This document shows positions 12,401 through 28,642 of a stretch of 64,000 nt of DNA, in pieces (the stretch's first letter is position 1; each line of letters starts with the position of its first letter). Below the pieces are notes generated by a model. The model was not told the origin of the DNA. It worked only from the letters and a program-made list of their open reading frames with translations, and did not search any database. The position numbers and the translations under genes were made by a program. Source of the DNA: Phoronis australis. Lineage: Eukaryota > Animalia > Phoronida. The stretch spans positions 174,808 through 238,807 of the forward strand of contig NMRA01000235.1 of the NCBI GenBank assembly GCA_002633005.1, written 5' to 3'.

Positions 12401-14517
12401 TTAATTCCACCTACCGTATATAAGCCTGGGATTCACTAGGTGGTGCTTAAGTGAGACACAGGGTAATGAGTGACCGTCAGCCAACAAACAGTCCCGTACT
12501 GTAGCTTTCAGCTTTCAATGTATTCATTCTACTGTGGCTGTAGTGCCACCTAGTGAGTTATAGTCGAGTATTCCATGGACAAGTTAAACAACTGAAGTTA
12601 CAATAAACCACATTTCATCAATAAGAACCAGTACCACTCTAAAATTGGTCTCAACTTAATAGTTCCTTACTGAGATATAAGGTGATTTTTGATCTTGCAA
12701 AGAACTGACAAACTCGTTGTTTAATCTTGAGGCCATTCCTGTGACATGGTGTGAAAGTTTAACTTTTAGTGCCTGTATCTCAAATGCAGTTCTTTTCAAG
12801 CCCACAAAGCAACCTATTTTGACTAAGGGACAATTTGGACCATTTTCATTAAAGTACATGGCCTAAATCAAAATTTGGTATTTGTCATTATATCGTTTAT
12901 CAAGGAAAGTTGTATAGTTACGGTAATCATACCGCAATGTGAACATTTTCTCGGACTGTTCAGTGAACAATACTACTGAAATGGTTGATATTGACAAAAC
13001 TTTCCTTTTCAGCCAAGAAGTCCACCAACAGTTCAACCCTCCTCCTGAGCCAACAGATTTTCGATCTATAAAGACAGTTGACTTTGATAAACCTGGTTTC
13101 AAATCCACACCACCAGCACCAACTCGTGTAAGTTCATCAAAATCTGTTAATGCTAACTACTGACCTTGTTTGATCTATTATTTTTATATCATTATTGATT
13201 CCATCAAACTGTTTGTAAAAGTATAAGTACATGTTTGTTAGGGACAATTGGTGGCGAATTCTGTTGAATTTGTCTGAAAAAATTGTCAAACTTTTGGGGA
13301 ATGCGCAGAAGGAAACTAATAAAGAGTAGTGAAAATTAAATAGATAATAATTCATGATTTTTATCACAGAGCTGTTATAAAGGCTTTAAAAAGAGAGATA
13401 GTTTCCCATGAATGATGCAATGAACAATTACCATTTATCATCAGTCTGATGAGAATTCATATCAACAATAGTGGAGTGTAGTTTAAAAATGATGAATTTC
13501 ATCAAAATTGATCTGTAGCTTAATTGAGTGGCAAAATTTATTTTAATAATCTCAATTCCGTATCTGTATTTTAACATTTAAACCAAGTTTTTGTTGTTTG
13601 AGGACCTTTTAAGTCCTCAGCTGTGCAAAAATATAATAGTTACTGTGGTTGTAGTTTTGTACTATGAGCCTGGTATAAATTAATTTAATTTGTGGCATTT
13701 GATGGTGATGTATTATCATTTCAGCCTCATGACATCAAAAATGAACAGCCAGTCACATTCTGGACTGAGCACAAGGACAAAATTCACGTGAGTTGTGTTT
13801 TATTATTTCAGCAGATAAGTAGTTGGGTTTATCTAGGTGCATTTAAATTATTAAAAGTTTCAGTATTTCCATATCTTGAAAGTAATACAAATGGGAAAGC
13901 CTGATACAGAGGGGATAATTTGTCAGGAGGCATTCAGCAGATGATGGCAGTGAATTTCAAGTGGAGGGAGTTGGTGGAAGACTGATATGTACCCCTGTTG
14001 CAATGGTTACATATGTGTACCTAGTTGCCAGCACTATAAAATGAAAAATATATTTTATGTAGATGCAGGATTCTGTGAGGACCATAAATGTCTGACGAAC
14101 ACCAACCCCCTCCCTCCCCCTTGCAAACGCTGTGCTAATGTTTTTAATCTTGTTTTTAATTGTGTCTTTAAAATAGAAGACAGGAATAGGGTTACCATGT
14201 GTAGATCACACAGACATGATCGTAAGCAGGCAAGTGTTACACTACAGTCGATAAGTATGTCAATAATTATCATGAAGTGGACATTCTGAGGAAGCTTACA
14301 AAAGTTGGACAGTTGGGCACTATGAATCTAGTAGCTAGCTTTGTGACAAAATTAAATTGTGATTTCTGTTTCATTACAGGGGGTGTCTGCAGCTAAGGCA
14401 CATGTTGGGAAGACTGGAGATACACCATTCAGGAAAAATGATGCTTTTAGTAAACCTATTGATGAGTATTGGGACGAACCCAAACCACATGAGTTGGAGG
14501 ATTATCCCAAGATGTGA
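9415..14517 (+). CDS. SPAG8: Sperm-associated antigen 8 orthologue (axonemal microtubule inner protein), 207 aa; exons 9415-9498, 10564-10741, 11846-11891, 13013-13127, 13725-13787, 14380-14517
   Basis: Spliced protein contains CLLENWVEE/RA, FKDGHTGILT, PAPTR/PHDIKNEQPVTFW and GVS...DTPFRKNDAFSKP, matching the conserved SPAG8 C-terminal domain (CLLYNWEEERA, GHRGLLT, PAPTKPHDYRQEQPETFW, DTPFRKN.SFS.P). GT-AG junctions, phases consistent, total 624 nt. AATAAA signals near 14757 and 14805. Confidence 0.88.
10719..10922 (+). repeat. 68-bp tandem repeat, 3 copies, each containing the SPAG8 exon-2 splice donor
   Basis: gaggcttgtag|gtgagtt occurs with GT at 10742, 10810 and 10878 (period 68). Confidence 0.9.
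11378..11546. repeat. Degenerate minisatellite, unit about 30 bp
   Basis: Repeated cactataatggtcata(t/a)agcccagtgc-like units, about 5 copies. Confidence 0.7.
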
Positions 14518-16840
14518 TATACTGCCATGTTGTGCAGATTACATTGGCAGACAGTGACTATGGAGACTTGTTATCACATTGTTGAACAGTGTAATTTATA
14601 TCTTGTTCTTGTGCGATATTTTCTGTACATAATTCCTAAAGATGAATATTTTACATTTCCCTGTGTATTGCTTCAAAATCATTCCAGAGGTGCAACGGTT
14701 GTTTACCTGGAGCTGAAACATAGTTCCTGACAGATATTATCATAAGATACTTTGTCAATAAACAATGAATGGCACCTCGTGTAAGATCATTTTTGGATGT
14801 TATGAATAAATTTCTCAATGTAACATTTTTCAAGTATTAAGCATGTCTGATTATTACAGATAGCTAAGATACTGTGTTCAGTCGTAGCAAAGTGACGATG
14901 GTAAGCTGGAAAAAGACAAAATTATAAGTGTCCATCCATACATGGAAAACTCGTGGAAATATTAAATTTAAGAAACCCTTGCTTTGTCGGTGACAATTCG
15001 TGTTGTGAGGTCAAGAGTAGTTGAGTAGTTGCTTGGCAACAGTCCTTGTTAAGTCATGATCATCATTAATACTTCTGCAAACTTGTACAAAATGAAAATT
15101 TTATCCCTAACACATGGAAATAAGTCTCTTTGTCTGGTGAGAATAGTTGTTTTACTGCATATGGCATACTGGGCATTTTGGGCGATTGGAGGTAATGAGT
15201 CAGTTTCAGCATTTGAGGCAGTAAGCCCTACCTGACTTACTTTGAATGTCATAATCAGGTGTATGAACAGCTGAGAAGATAACTTATAATAAAATGTTAA
15301 AAAATGTTCATTATTTATTAAGCTCATTACATCTGTATACTGTATGAACGAATTTATCGTTAAGTTACACTGGAAGTCGAAATTTATTGTATACTGCAGA
15401 TCAAGAAGCACCCTAGGTGCCAGTCGAGACTTTGGTCCCGTTGCTAGTCTAATGACATACGAATATTTTTATTTATATTTCTTTATTTGATCCTTCTGAA
15501 CTGGGATGCCTCATATCACTCGTTAAGTCACTCAATTAAGTGACCCTCCTTCCCTTCAAATGTCAAGGTTTTATCACTGCGCTGTGTAGCGTTAGTTAGG
15601 AGGATGCAGCGCAGGATGCCGCCACTTGAGAATTTTTCTCTCGCGGCGGTGCTAGCATATAACATTTGCTGAATTGATTAGAGTCGCGATCGTTACCTTG
15701 CAATGTGCAAATGTTCAGTTTTCCGAGATAGCATCTGGAATTTTCAAATTGTTGACTTTTACTCTAATAGTGGTTCGCATATTTTGCGCTTAAGTTTCGG
15801 ATAAGCCCTAATAAAGGTGATGTCCCATTCATAAGTAGGTCCATACTTTGATTCGCACACAGATACATCCGTTTTGGCTACCGCCTGTCTCAAGATGACA
15901 ATTCAGTGCATGCATATCTGTGGATTTCCTTAATAAGCGTATTTTCAAGATGGTAAGTAGTTTTTTACCACCGTATTGCAGCGCTTTTAGGCTCAAAGGA
16001 ATAAATTTGAAATAATGCATTTTTCTTAAGCCAGTGCTTCGCATCTTGACCCATGCGCAATTCCGGACAAACGCCCACTGGGCCTCAATGGCGCAGCAAT
16101 ACGGTGCTGGTCTTTTCAAACTACTTGTTGCATCCGTAACACTACATCTTTCTGCTTGCGCCCGTGAATGCATGTTGGTCGAGACAGAGCGTTGACAATT
16201 TTTCCCTCCACGACTTACTGGAATTAATGAATGCGCTAATTAGCTGACACGTCAAAACTACCCGATCTAGCTGTTTCGAAAGCTGTCAAGTGAAACACTC
16301 CACCGTGTTAGTGCATGAAGTGATGCTTCAAAACGGACGGAACACTTTCTTTGGAAATTTGAACATTTTCTTTCTGTTAAAACTTATGATTGAACAATAA
16401 CACAAAACAAATGCTTGGCGCAAAGTAATTTTAATTTTCTTTGCTGTATATTAATTAGCCTATTGAGGCGCTGCACTGTAGGACATTTAGGAAAATTGTG
16501 TTATCTCCGTTGTCACGGATAAAGGTGGTACCAGAGTTTCACATGTTCTTACTATTTCAAAGTTTATTTTTTAGGCGAAGAGTTAGTTTATCTGCTACCT
16601 GTACTTAGAATTTACATAGCGCCGATGACAGTGAAAGACGGGAGATGGAATTGTTCAAATATGATTTATGACAGTATACACAGAACAACAACTCGTCACA
16701 CAAGCATTTTATTTGCGGATGTGTACGTATAATATAGTGATGAAGAAATATCACTTCAGAACGATCGCATCGAAGACAACTTTGGTGTGACAAAGTATGA
16801 TTCAAGTGACAGGCTCCAAGTAGTGTACGAATGTTGAGAC

Positions 16841-16931
16841 CACAGGCGTCCTCAGCTTCTGATCGTCCCCAATACACTACATATATTATATGTAGTGTAT
16901 TGGGGACGATCAGAAGCTGAGGACGCCTGTG
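16841..16931. mobile_element. 91-bp perfect-hairpin mini-MITE with 8-bp TSD
   Basis: Two 45-bp perfectly inverted arms (cacaggcgtcctcagc...catata / tatatg...gctgaggacgcctgtg) separated by one T at 16886. Flanked by the direct repeat gttgagac at 16833-16840 and 16932-16939. Confidence 0.9.
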
Positions 16932-17679
16932 GTTGAGACTGTGTCACCGACTATGAGGCTGTGTTGGTAGTCAGATTGAACACAGCACGTGAGCAGTAGG
17001 TAGTGGAGGGTGGACAAGACAATTAAGCGCTGTATAGAGCTAACCACGAAGATCGCTGAGAAAGATGTGAAACATGATAGTGTTTGACGACATGATGTGT
17101 GGTCAGTCATATAAATTTACACAAGAACTGATATTTGCTGATGACGACGAGATGGAGCCGCGACACAGCTAGGTGGCGGAAGAAGTGATGGACATGCCGG
17201 TTGGGGACGAAGCTGTGTAAAATTGTAAAGAGAGAATCTGGAATTACATTAAATACAGCGTTTAAAAACTTTTAAAATTTTCAAGTTCGTGAGATTCCAT
17301 CCACTAAAATATTCATCAAGTAAAAACGTTGGCAAAAGGGCATCAAATCATGAATCATGCAGTGAACGCCACAAAACGGACTTGAACCCGCGCTAAACGC
17401 ATTTACAACCACCACTGCATGGCTTCGAACTTCTTCGCAACATCGTTAATTCTATTCCGACAAAACAGCGACTTTTATCCTTTGTCAGTTCTCGTTTTCG
17501 ATTCTCCATCTTAGTTCACGGGAAAATTATGTGCAAAGCACTCTTCCCCATGTCCTCGTGTCGGGCCGTCTATTGTAGCCAAGTTCATCCCATGATCCTT
17601 ACTGGGGCCAGTCCGGCTATTGTCTCGCACTCTTTAACATGGTCAACTGCATCAACCTTTTGTCCTTGTATTCCAACCG

Positions 17680-17947
17680 AGCGCCTCAAGCCCCAAGGCG
17701 CTCACAAAGGGGCTCTAGCGAGCACCCCATTTGGCGAAGTGGGCGAAAAGGTCCTTCTAAGAGAGACAAAAAGTCCAAGAAAACGAGACAAATGAGTCCA
17801 CAGGAGTTCGGCGCGAATGTACATCATAGGTCTGAACGTACTACCCCGTTTCTTATTTTTTAGTCCCCGTGCTCTTTTTCAGTGGCAGGTCCACACGCTG
17901 AAAAATTCGCTCAACTATATTTTAGGCTCAGGGCTGGTGCGCGCATG
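17680..17947 (+). mobile_element. MITE family A, copy 2 (left end decayed)
   Basis: ggggctc..gagcaccccatttggcgaagtgggcgaaaaggtcc..aaaagtcc..ttttaggct..ggtgcgcgcatg is similar to 4411-4633 and to the reverse complement of 55626-55863. Confidence 0.7.
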
Positions 17948-18699
17948 AACTTCTTCCCTGCATCCATCACTCTGAGCCCATGTGAATGAAATATTTGAAA
18001 TTATCCGCGTTATAAATAAGGCAACGCCAAATGGGGAGCGTATTGATAATTTTCAAGCTGTTTTTGTTGGGGATCATGACGTCATATGCTCACCGGTCTG
18101 AAAATGTGATCAAAATATGGCAGATTTTTTGAACGTAGAAGCATTTATGAATAATACCAAGGAGTACACTCCTTGATAATACTCTGTAGTACAGTAACTG
18201 AGTCGCGGTTAAAAACCTTTGGAAATGAAAAAAATGATATACACAACTGCCGAGCAAGGTCCACAAAACCGAATGACGACGTAGACGACAAGAGTAGAAT
18301 TCCGAAATTTTTGTAACATTGACAAAGATGTACGTTGACTACCGATAGCCACATGGCAGGACCATTCCAATGGAAATTGGAGCTGCACCGCGGGTACTGA
18401 CGACTACTGATAGATCGTATTACGGCGCGCTTACTATTATGAACACAATTCACATTGACGACATTTATATACAAATTCTGAAAATCTGATGAGGAGTTTC
18501 CTCAAAAAGTCCACGATATTTCGTGAATCATAATAGTTCGATAACAAACTATTAAAAGCTTGAATCATTAGTAGTGAATGTGCCCTCAATAGCAAATGAT
18601 ATGGAATAGCATTTACGTGTTGGTAGGTGCAACGAAAAACATTAAAATAATTTAATGAAATTTCCTTTGGGGAGTCAAGTTGAGAAATTTCGTGGGACC

Positions 18700-18865
18700 T
18701 CAATTAATACTTACACAAAATGGTTTCCGACAGGGGAGGTCTTGTCTTGACCACGTGTTTACACTAACGTCTATTGTTAGAAATAGAATAGCTTGTAATA
18801 GACCAACGTTTGCGATATTCGTCGATATGGAACGGGCTTTTGACAATTTAGATAGAAACTTCTTA
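18700..18865 (+). mobile_element. Non-LTR retrotransposon (LINE) reverse-transcriptase fragment
   Basis: QNGFRQGRSCLDHVFTLTSIVRNR...FAIFVDMERAFDNLDR shows the Q-GFR-GRS--D and F-D---AFD-- RT motifs. Truncated at the N at 18866. Confidence 0.85.
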
Positions 18866-18976
18866 NTTATGATAATAAATGCATAATTCGCCAACACCTT
18901 GTTCGCTTTTATATGTAAATTTTATGCTCCATAAAACAGAATTTGTGACAAAACTTTGACTGAGAGCGGGCTTTTA

Positions 18977-19110
18977 CATGGGCGGCGCACCATAGGGAGC
19001 TGGGGGCTTTAGCCTCCGACTTTTTTCAGTGCTACGCCGCACATGGTCTATAGGCGGTGCACCAGAGGGGGTTTTAGCCCCCCACGTTTTTCAGTGCTGC
19101 GCCGCCCATG
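18977..19110 (+). mobile_element. MITE family B (CATGGGCGGCGCA TIR) with 5-bp TSD
   Basis: catgggcggcgca ... tgcgccgcccatg flanked by tttta on both sides. Internally a dimer of gcacca..ggggctttagccc..ttttttcagtgct.cgccg. Same family as 46042-46195. Confidence 0.85.
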
Positions 19111-20105
19111 TTTTAAGAAGAAAATTTCCGGACAGTTGACACCAAAAGTTGTAACACCCAAATAATGGCCCATAGGCGTTTATTCGGCATAATTTTCCTA
19201 ATAAGCGCTCATGGACTTTTTCACCGGCTGGGCTTATCTACGGAAAACTTACGGTCTGTTAATCAACAAGAAGTCATAGTTTTTACCCCGATTCATTTTG
19301 ATACCGCTGATGAAAACGCCTGCCCCGGCGATTTGCACGGCGATGTCACGTAAACAAGCCGGATGGGTAAATCTAGAACGCCATAATTTTGTGCGTAAAA
19401 ACAGATGCTTCGGCAACATGGGTGCTCTTCTCACGAGTGGCACATTTTCTGAAAAAGTGAGCAAGTAAAAAATATTAAAAAAATAAAAATAATAAAAAAA
19501 TACGGCGCAATCCGTATCGACTGATATTTCGTGCCCAAGTTCAATATTACTATAATGCAGAAAAATTTGAGAAAGATTTTAACAAATTCAGTGACGTAGC
19601 CTATTTGGAGTGTAAAGACTAACATCACGGAGTGCCGAATGACTGCCAGTGTTGATTATAGACCTGTTGTGTATGCGGTTGTTATAACTGTAGGCCACTG
19701 CAACATCTACTATATTTTTTGACAGAGGCAGTTTGCTCCACAATAAAACACCTCGATTGAGTATGGATGGTTCACAAAATTTTTCTCTTCTGTGTACGTC
19801 GTCACTATAAGGACTTTTTCGTCTGCCTTCGGGCCCGGTACTACTCATCTTTAGCTTATTCCCCGTTGGCAAAGTATTGTTTGTTAAAAAAAATTCAAAA
19901 TAAATATTTACAACTTGATAAGACGTTCTGCGCAGTCTCTACAATTCATGTTTTGTTCAGTGCATGCAGTCTCTGCATATGATACAGACCGCCGGCGGAG
20001 TCGCGGCACTGGGACGCTGACTGGTGGTTTGTAAATTATACACTAGGTGTCCCTAAAGTAGTATACATTTTCATCCAATCACAACACAGTGAAGTGATCC
20101 GCTCG

Positions 20106-20120
20106 TTCCTTTCTTTTCAC
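20106..20120 (+). promoter_or_regulatory. TCT / 5'-TOP polypyrimidine initiator of RPS17
   Basis: ttcctttcttttcac about 25 nt upstream of the ATG, typical of ribosomal protein genes. CCAAT at 20075. Confidence 0.75.
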
Positions 20121-20134
20121 TTCCGTAGTCAAAG

Positions 20135-25243
<5,109 letters not shown>

Positions 25244-26105
25244 ACATCTCCGTCTACTACATGTAATTATTAGAAAACAATAAAAACCTGAAAAATACTG
25301 TTGTTTTGGTTCTCAAGTTGTGTTACTGTGACAGTGACACTGGATGTAACAAGTGTGTGGGTTTGTTAAAGGTGCAGTACACATCTAGAGTTTGGTACAA
25401 GAGCCAAACTTTTGATTTAGACCGCTTGATACCAACTTCATGCATGAAAACTGATTTCTAAGTTTGCAAAGACATCTATTTTGTTATTCGTTGAAACTAT
25501 GTTCAGTGCATTAAAAGCCAGTTTGTACAGTCTTGCTGGTCTCTAGTGAATTCCCAAAGCCCTAAAATCCCCCCAGCTTGAATAAGGAACTTTTGAAGAA
25601 TAATTTCACAACTGAGTGGCCTACATCAAAAGGTTGTTTTTGTGATGGGAGTGTAGTGGCTTGAGCCAGGACAAGTTCAAAGCAAAATACTGTCCATGTG
25701 CGCATCCATCTTGAAGAATGTTGTCATCAGAGAACTGCCCTAACATCCTTGGGTGCTTAACCGAATGTTTGTATTTATAGAGTAAAAATGGAAAATAGTA
25801 CTAGTGAATAATTTATTATCCTATACAATTTCACACTTCGAACAAACCATTGGTTGACCTAATTGGCCGATGCGATTTGTAACGGAGAAGCATAGGAAAT
25901 TAAATAATTGGAGACGATTCCAAAACCTTGGAAGAGGTTTATGAGAGTGCCTACAGTACAGTAAATCTGGCATCAAGTGGGTTCTATGGAGTCTTGTTAC
26001 GCTGAATCCCACTCTACATAGCAATAGTACTGCCATCTTTTGTACAAGCATGAAGTACTGTTTCAGCTGAAGGAACACCATTGCGAATCACAATATGAAA
26101 TTAAG

Positions 26106-26250
26106 TTGAATCCATGTACTAGAACACAAATAACATTGAATCCAGGTTGCACCCGTCTAAGAACACAAATAACATTGAATCCAGGTTGCACCCGTCTAAG
26201 AACACAAATAACATTGAATCCAGGTTGCACCCGTCTAAGAACACAAATTA
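26106..26250. repeat. 39-bp minisatellite, about 3.5 copies
   Basis: Unit ctaagaacacaaataacattgaatccaggttgcacccgt. Confidence 0.9.
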
Positions 26251-27390
26251 CAGTTCCAACCTAACCATGGTTAGATAGTTTCCGGCTCCAGAAAGATTTG
26301 AGGAATAAGCAAGAACAGCTTTTTTGACTGTGAGAACCTCACTAATACTTGGTCGCTGCATAAAATTGATAAGCAGTGCGCCTGGTGAAAACAAGACTGA
26401 TTGCAGTTTGTTCCCCAATTTCCACACTTCTGCATGCAGTGAACACTTGTCTAAAGATGCCATGCAGGTTGCCGTCAAAAAATTTCTTACAACTGGTCTC
26501 GACACGTTTTGTACACACAAGTTAGTTTGGAGTTTAGTTCATTATTGCGAGATATGTCTCTAGAAGCCACTACGATGTACATCTATCAAAAGCAATATGC
26601 CAGACAAATAGGCTGGTTCAGAAACTGACCAATAGATGGTGCACTAATCAATACATTGTCTGGCTTCAGCAATAACAACCAGTCAATAATTTCCAACCCC
26701 AAATTTCATTTCTAATTCCTAAGAAATGTGTAGAGTACATTTTTGTAACAACAATTAGTCTATATTAAAAGGACTCCACACTTGGTGACTTAATGCACCC
26801 TTGCAAACCTCCAAATACAGCAAATTTTGAACCTCTCGCCTTAGAAATGGTTTTATGCAATTCACACTTAGATATGCTTTATGTGCTATTCTCTGAAATG
26901 CTTTCAGACATTGGTAATTGTCTTCAAAACATTTCATGTTTGCATGAATGGCTTCTATCAAAAAATAGTATGTTCATGAAAAAACTCAAAAGTAGCTTAA
27001 ATGTAAGAAAACAACATTTTTGAGAGTTAATCTTGGAATATTTATATCGAACATGATTTGAGCAAGTTATTAATACTGATATGAATGTATTAATGTTTTT
27101 GCTAAAAATTTACTAAAAAGACATGATCACATTGTTTCTTATATACCTTGCTCAAAACCCAAATTTGTCTATAAGGTCCAACATAACCTTGAAGTGAGCT
27201 CATCTCAATAAATACCAAAACACTCTTACTTTGAATACCTCCACTATTAGTGCTCAAAAATGGTTTGTTTTTTGTTAAGCACTGAGATAAATAGATGGGT
27301 CCAACAAGGGGCACACCATGTCAGATTGACTACATAACGTACAACTACGAGGGTTGTTTCTTCTGCATTGGAAGGTGGCATGCACCCCCC

Positions 27391-27687
27391 NNNNNNNNNN
27401 NNNNNNNNNNNNNNNNNNNNNNNNNNNNNNNNNNNNNNNNNNNNNNNNNNNNNNNNNNNNNNNNNNNNNNNNNNNNNNNNNNNNNNNNNNNNNNNNNNNN
27501 NNNNNNNNNNNNNNNNNNNNNNNNNNNNNNNNNNNNNNNNNNNNNNNNNNNNNNNNNNNNNNNNNNNNNNNNNNNNNNNNNNNNNNNNNNNNNNNNNNNN
27601 NNNNNNNNNNNNNNNNNNNNNNNNNNNNNNNNNNNNNNNNNNNNNNNNNNNNNNNNNNNNNNNNNNNNNNNNNNNNNNNNNNNNNNN
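27391..27687. other. Assembly gap (run of N)
   Basis: 297 N. ORFs that span it are artefacts. Confidence 0.99.
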
Positions 27688-27826
27688 CCAGCCCTGCACT
27701 CTCCGTCCATTAGCAGTGCGGGTATGTCCACACAACCCCCCCCTCCACCCCTCCATTAGCAGTGCGGGTATGTCCACACAACCCCTGCACCCTCCGTCCA
27801 TTAGCAGTGCGGGTATATCCACACAA
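27688..27826. repeat. Minisatellite, unit about 45 bp, abutting the gap
   Basis: Unit ccctgcaccctccgtccattagcagtgcgggtatgtccacacaac, 3 copies. It probably continues into the gap. Confidence 0.85.
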
Positions 27827-28642
27827 CTGTGGTTATAAACTAAAACAAAACACCACTTCAATACTGTGACATTTCAGAACGACTCCTTATCCACATAATA
27901 ACATGACTAGACACAGAATACTGTTTACCGAAAATGTACTTTATATGTATATCTACACTAGTTACATAACCTGATGATAGATGGCACTATATGAGCAGAA
28001 ATAACAATAAAGGGGATTACGCATAACTATGGATACTTTCAAAACGCACGTCCCTCAACAAAGAACATGTCAAAAAGGTTTGATTTTCCTTGGAATTCAG
28101 TATCTATGAGCTACTGAAAAGGAAATTTTAAAAGCACTTGACCCCTCACGTATTTTGTACGCTTCAGAAACTGATAATTTATTAAATGTACCAACAATGG
28201 CCTCTTCCGATAAGAAATTGTCGGTTCTGTTCAACCCAACAACTGTGGTGTTTCAAGTCTGACAAAGGAACAAATTCATAACCTCTGTGAAGACTAATAA
28301 TTACTTATACCATATCAACACACTGATCTATAACAGTGAATTTGTACACATATGTACATTCATAACAGTTTTATTATCTTGTAACATGACATATAATCAA
28401 ACGCTGTCCTATTTGGCAGAAGGCATATTTATAACAGCATCAACTAGTCGAGCACCATGGGTAAATAAAGCTGCACGTATACTCCACCTGTTGGTTAAAC
28501 ATGAAGTTAAGGAATAAGTGAAGCAAATCCATCATGGTGAACTTAAAACTATCCCTCCCATGTTGCTATAGTAGACTTATAAAAATGCAAACATATTACT
28601 TATAAGTATGTAACAGACAAGATGAATCGGTTCTCAATCCTC

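Noticed and set aside
27247-27861. Long ORFs across the gap
   Set aside because: Open only because of the N run.
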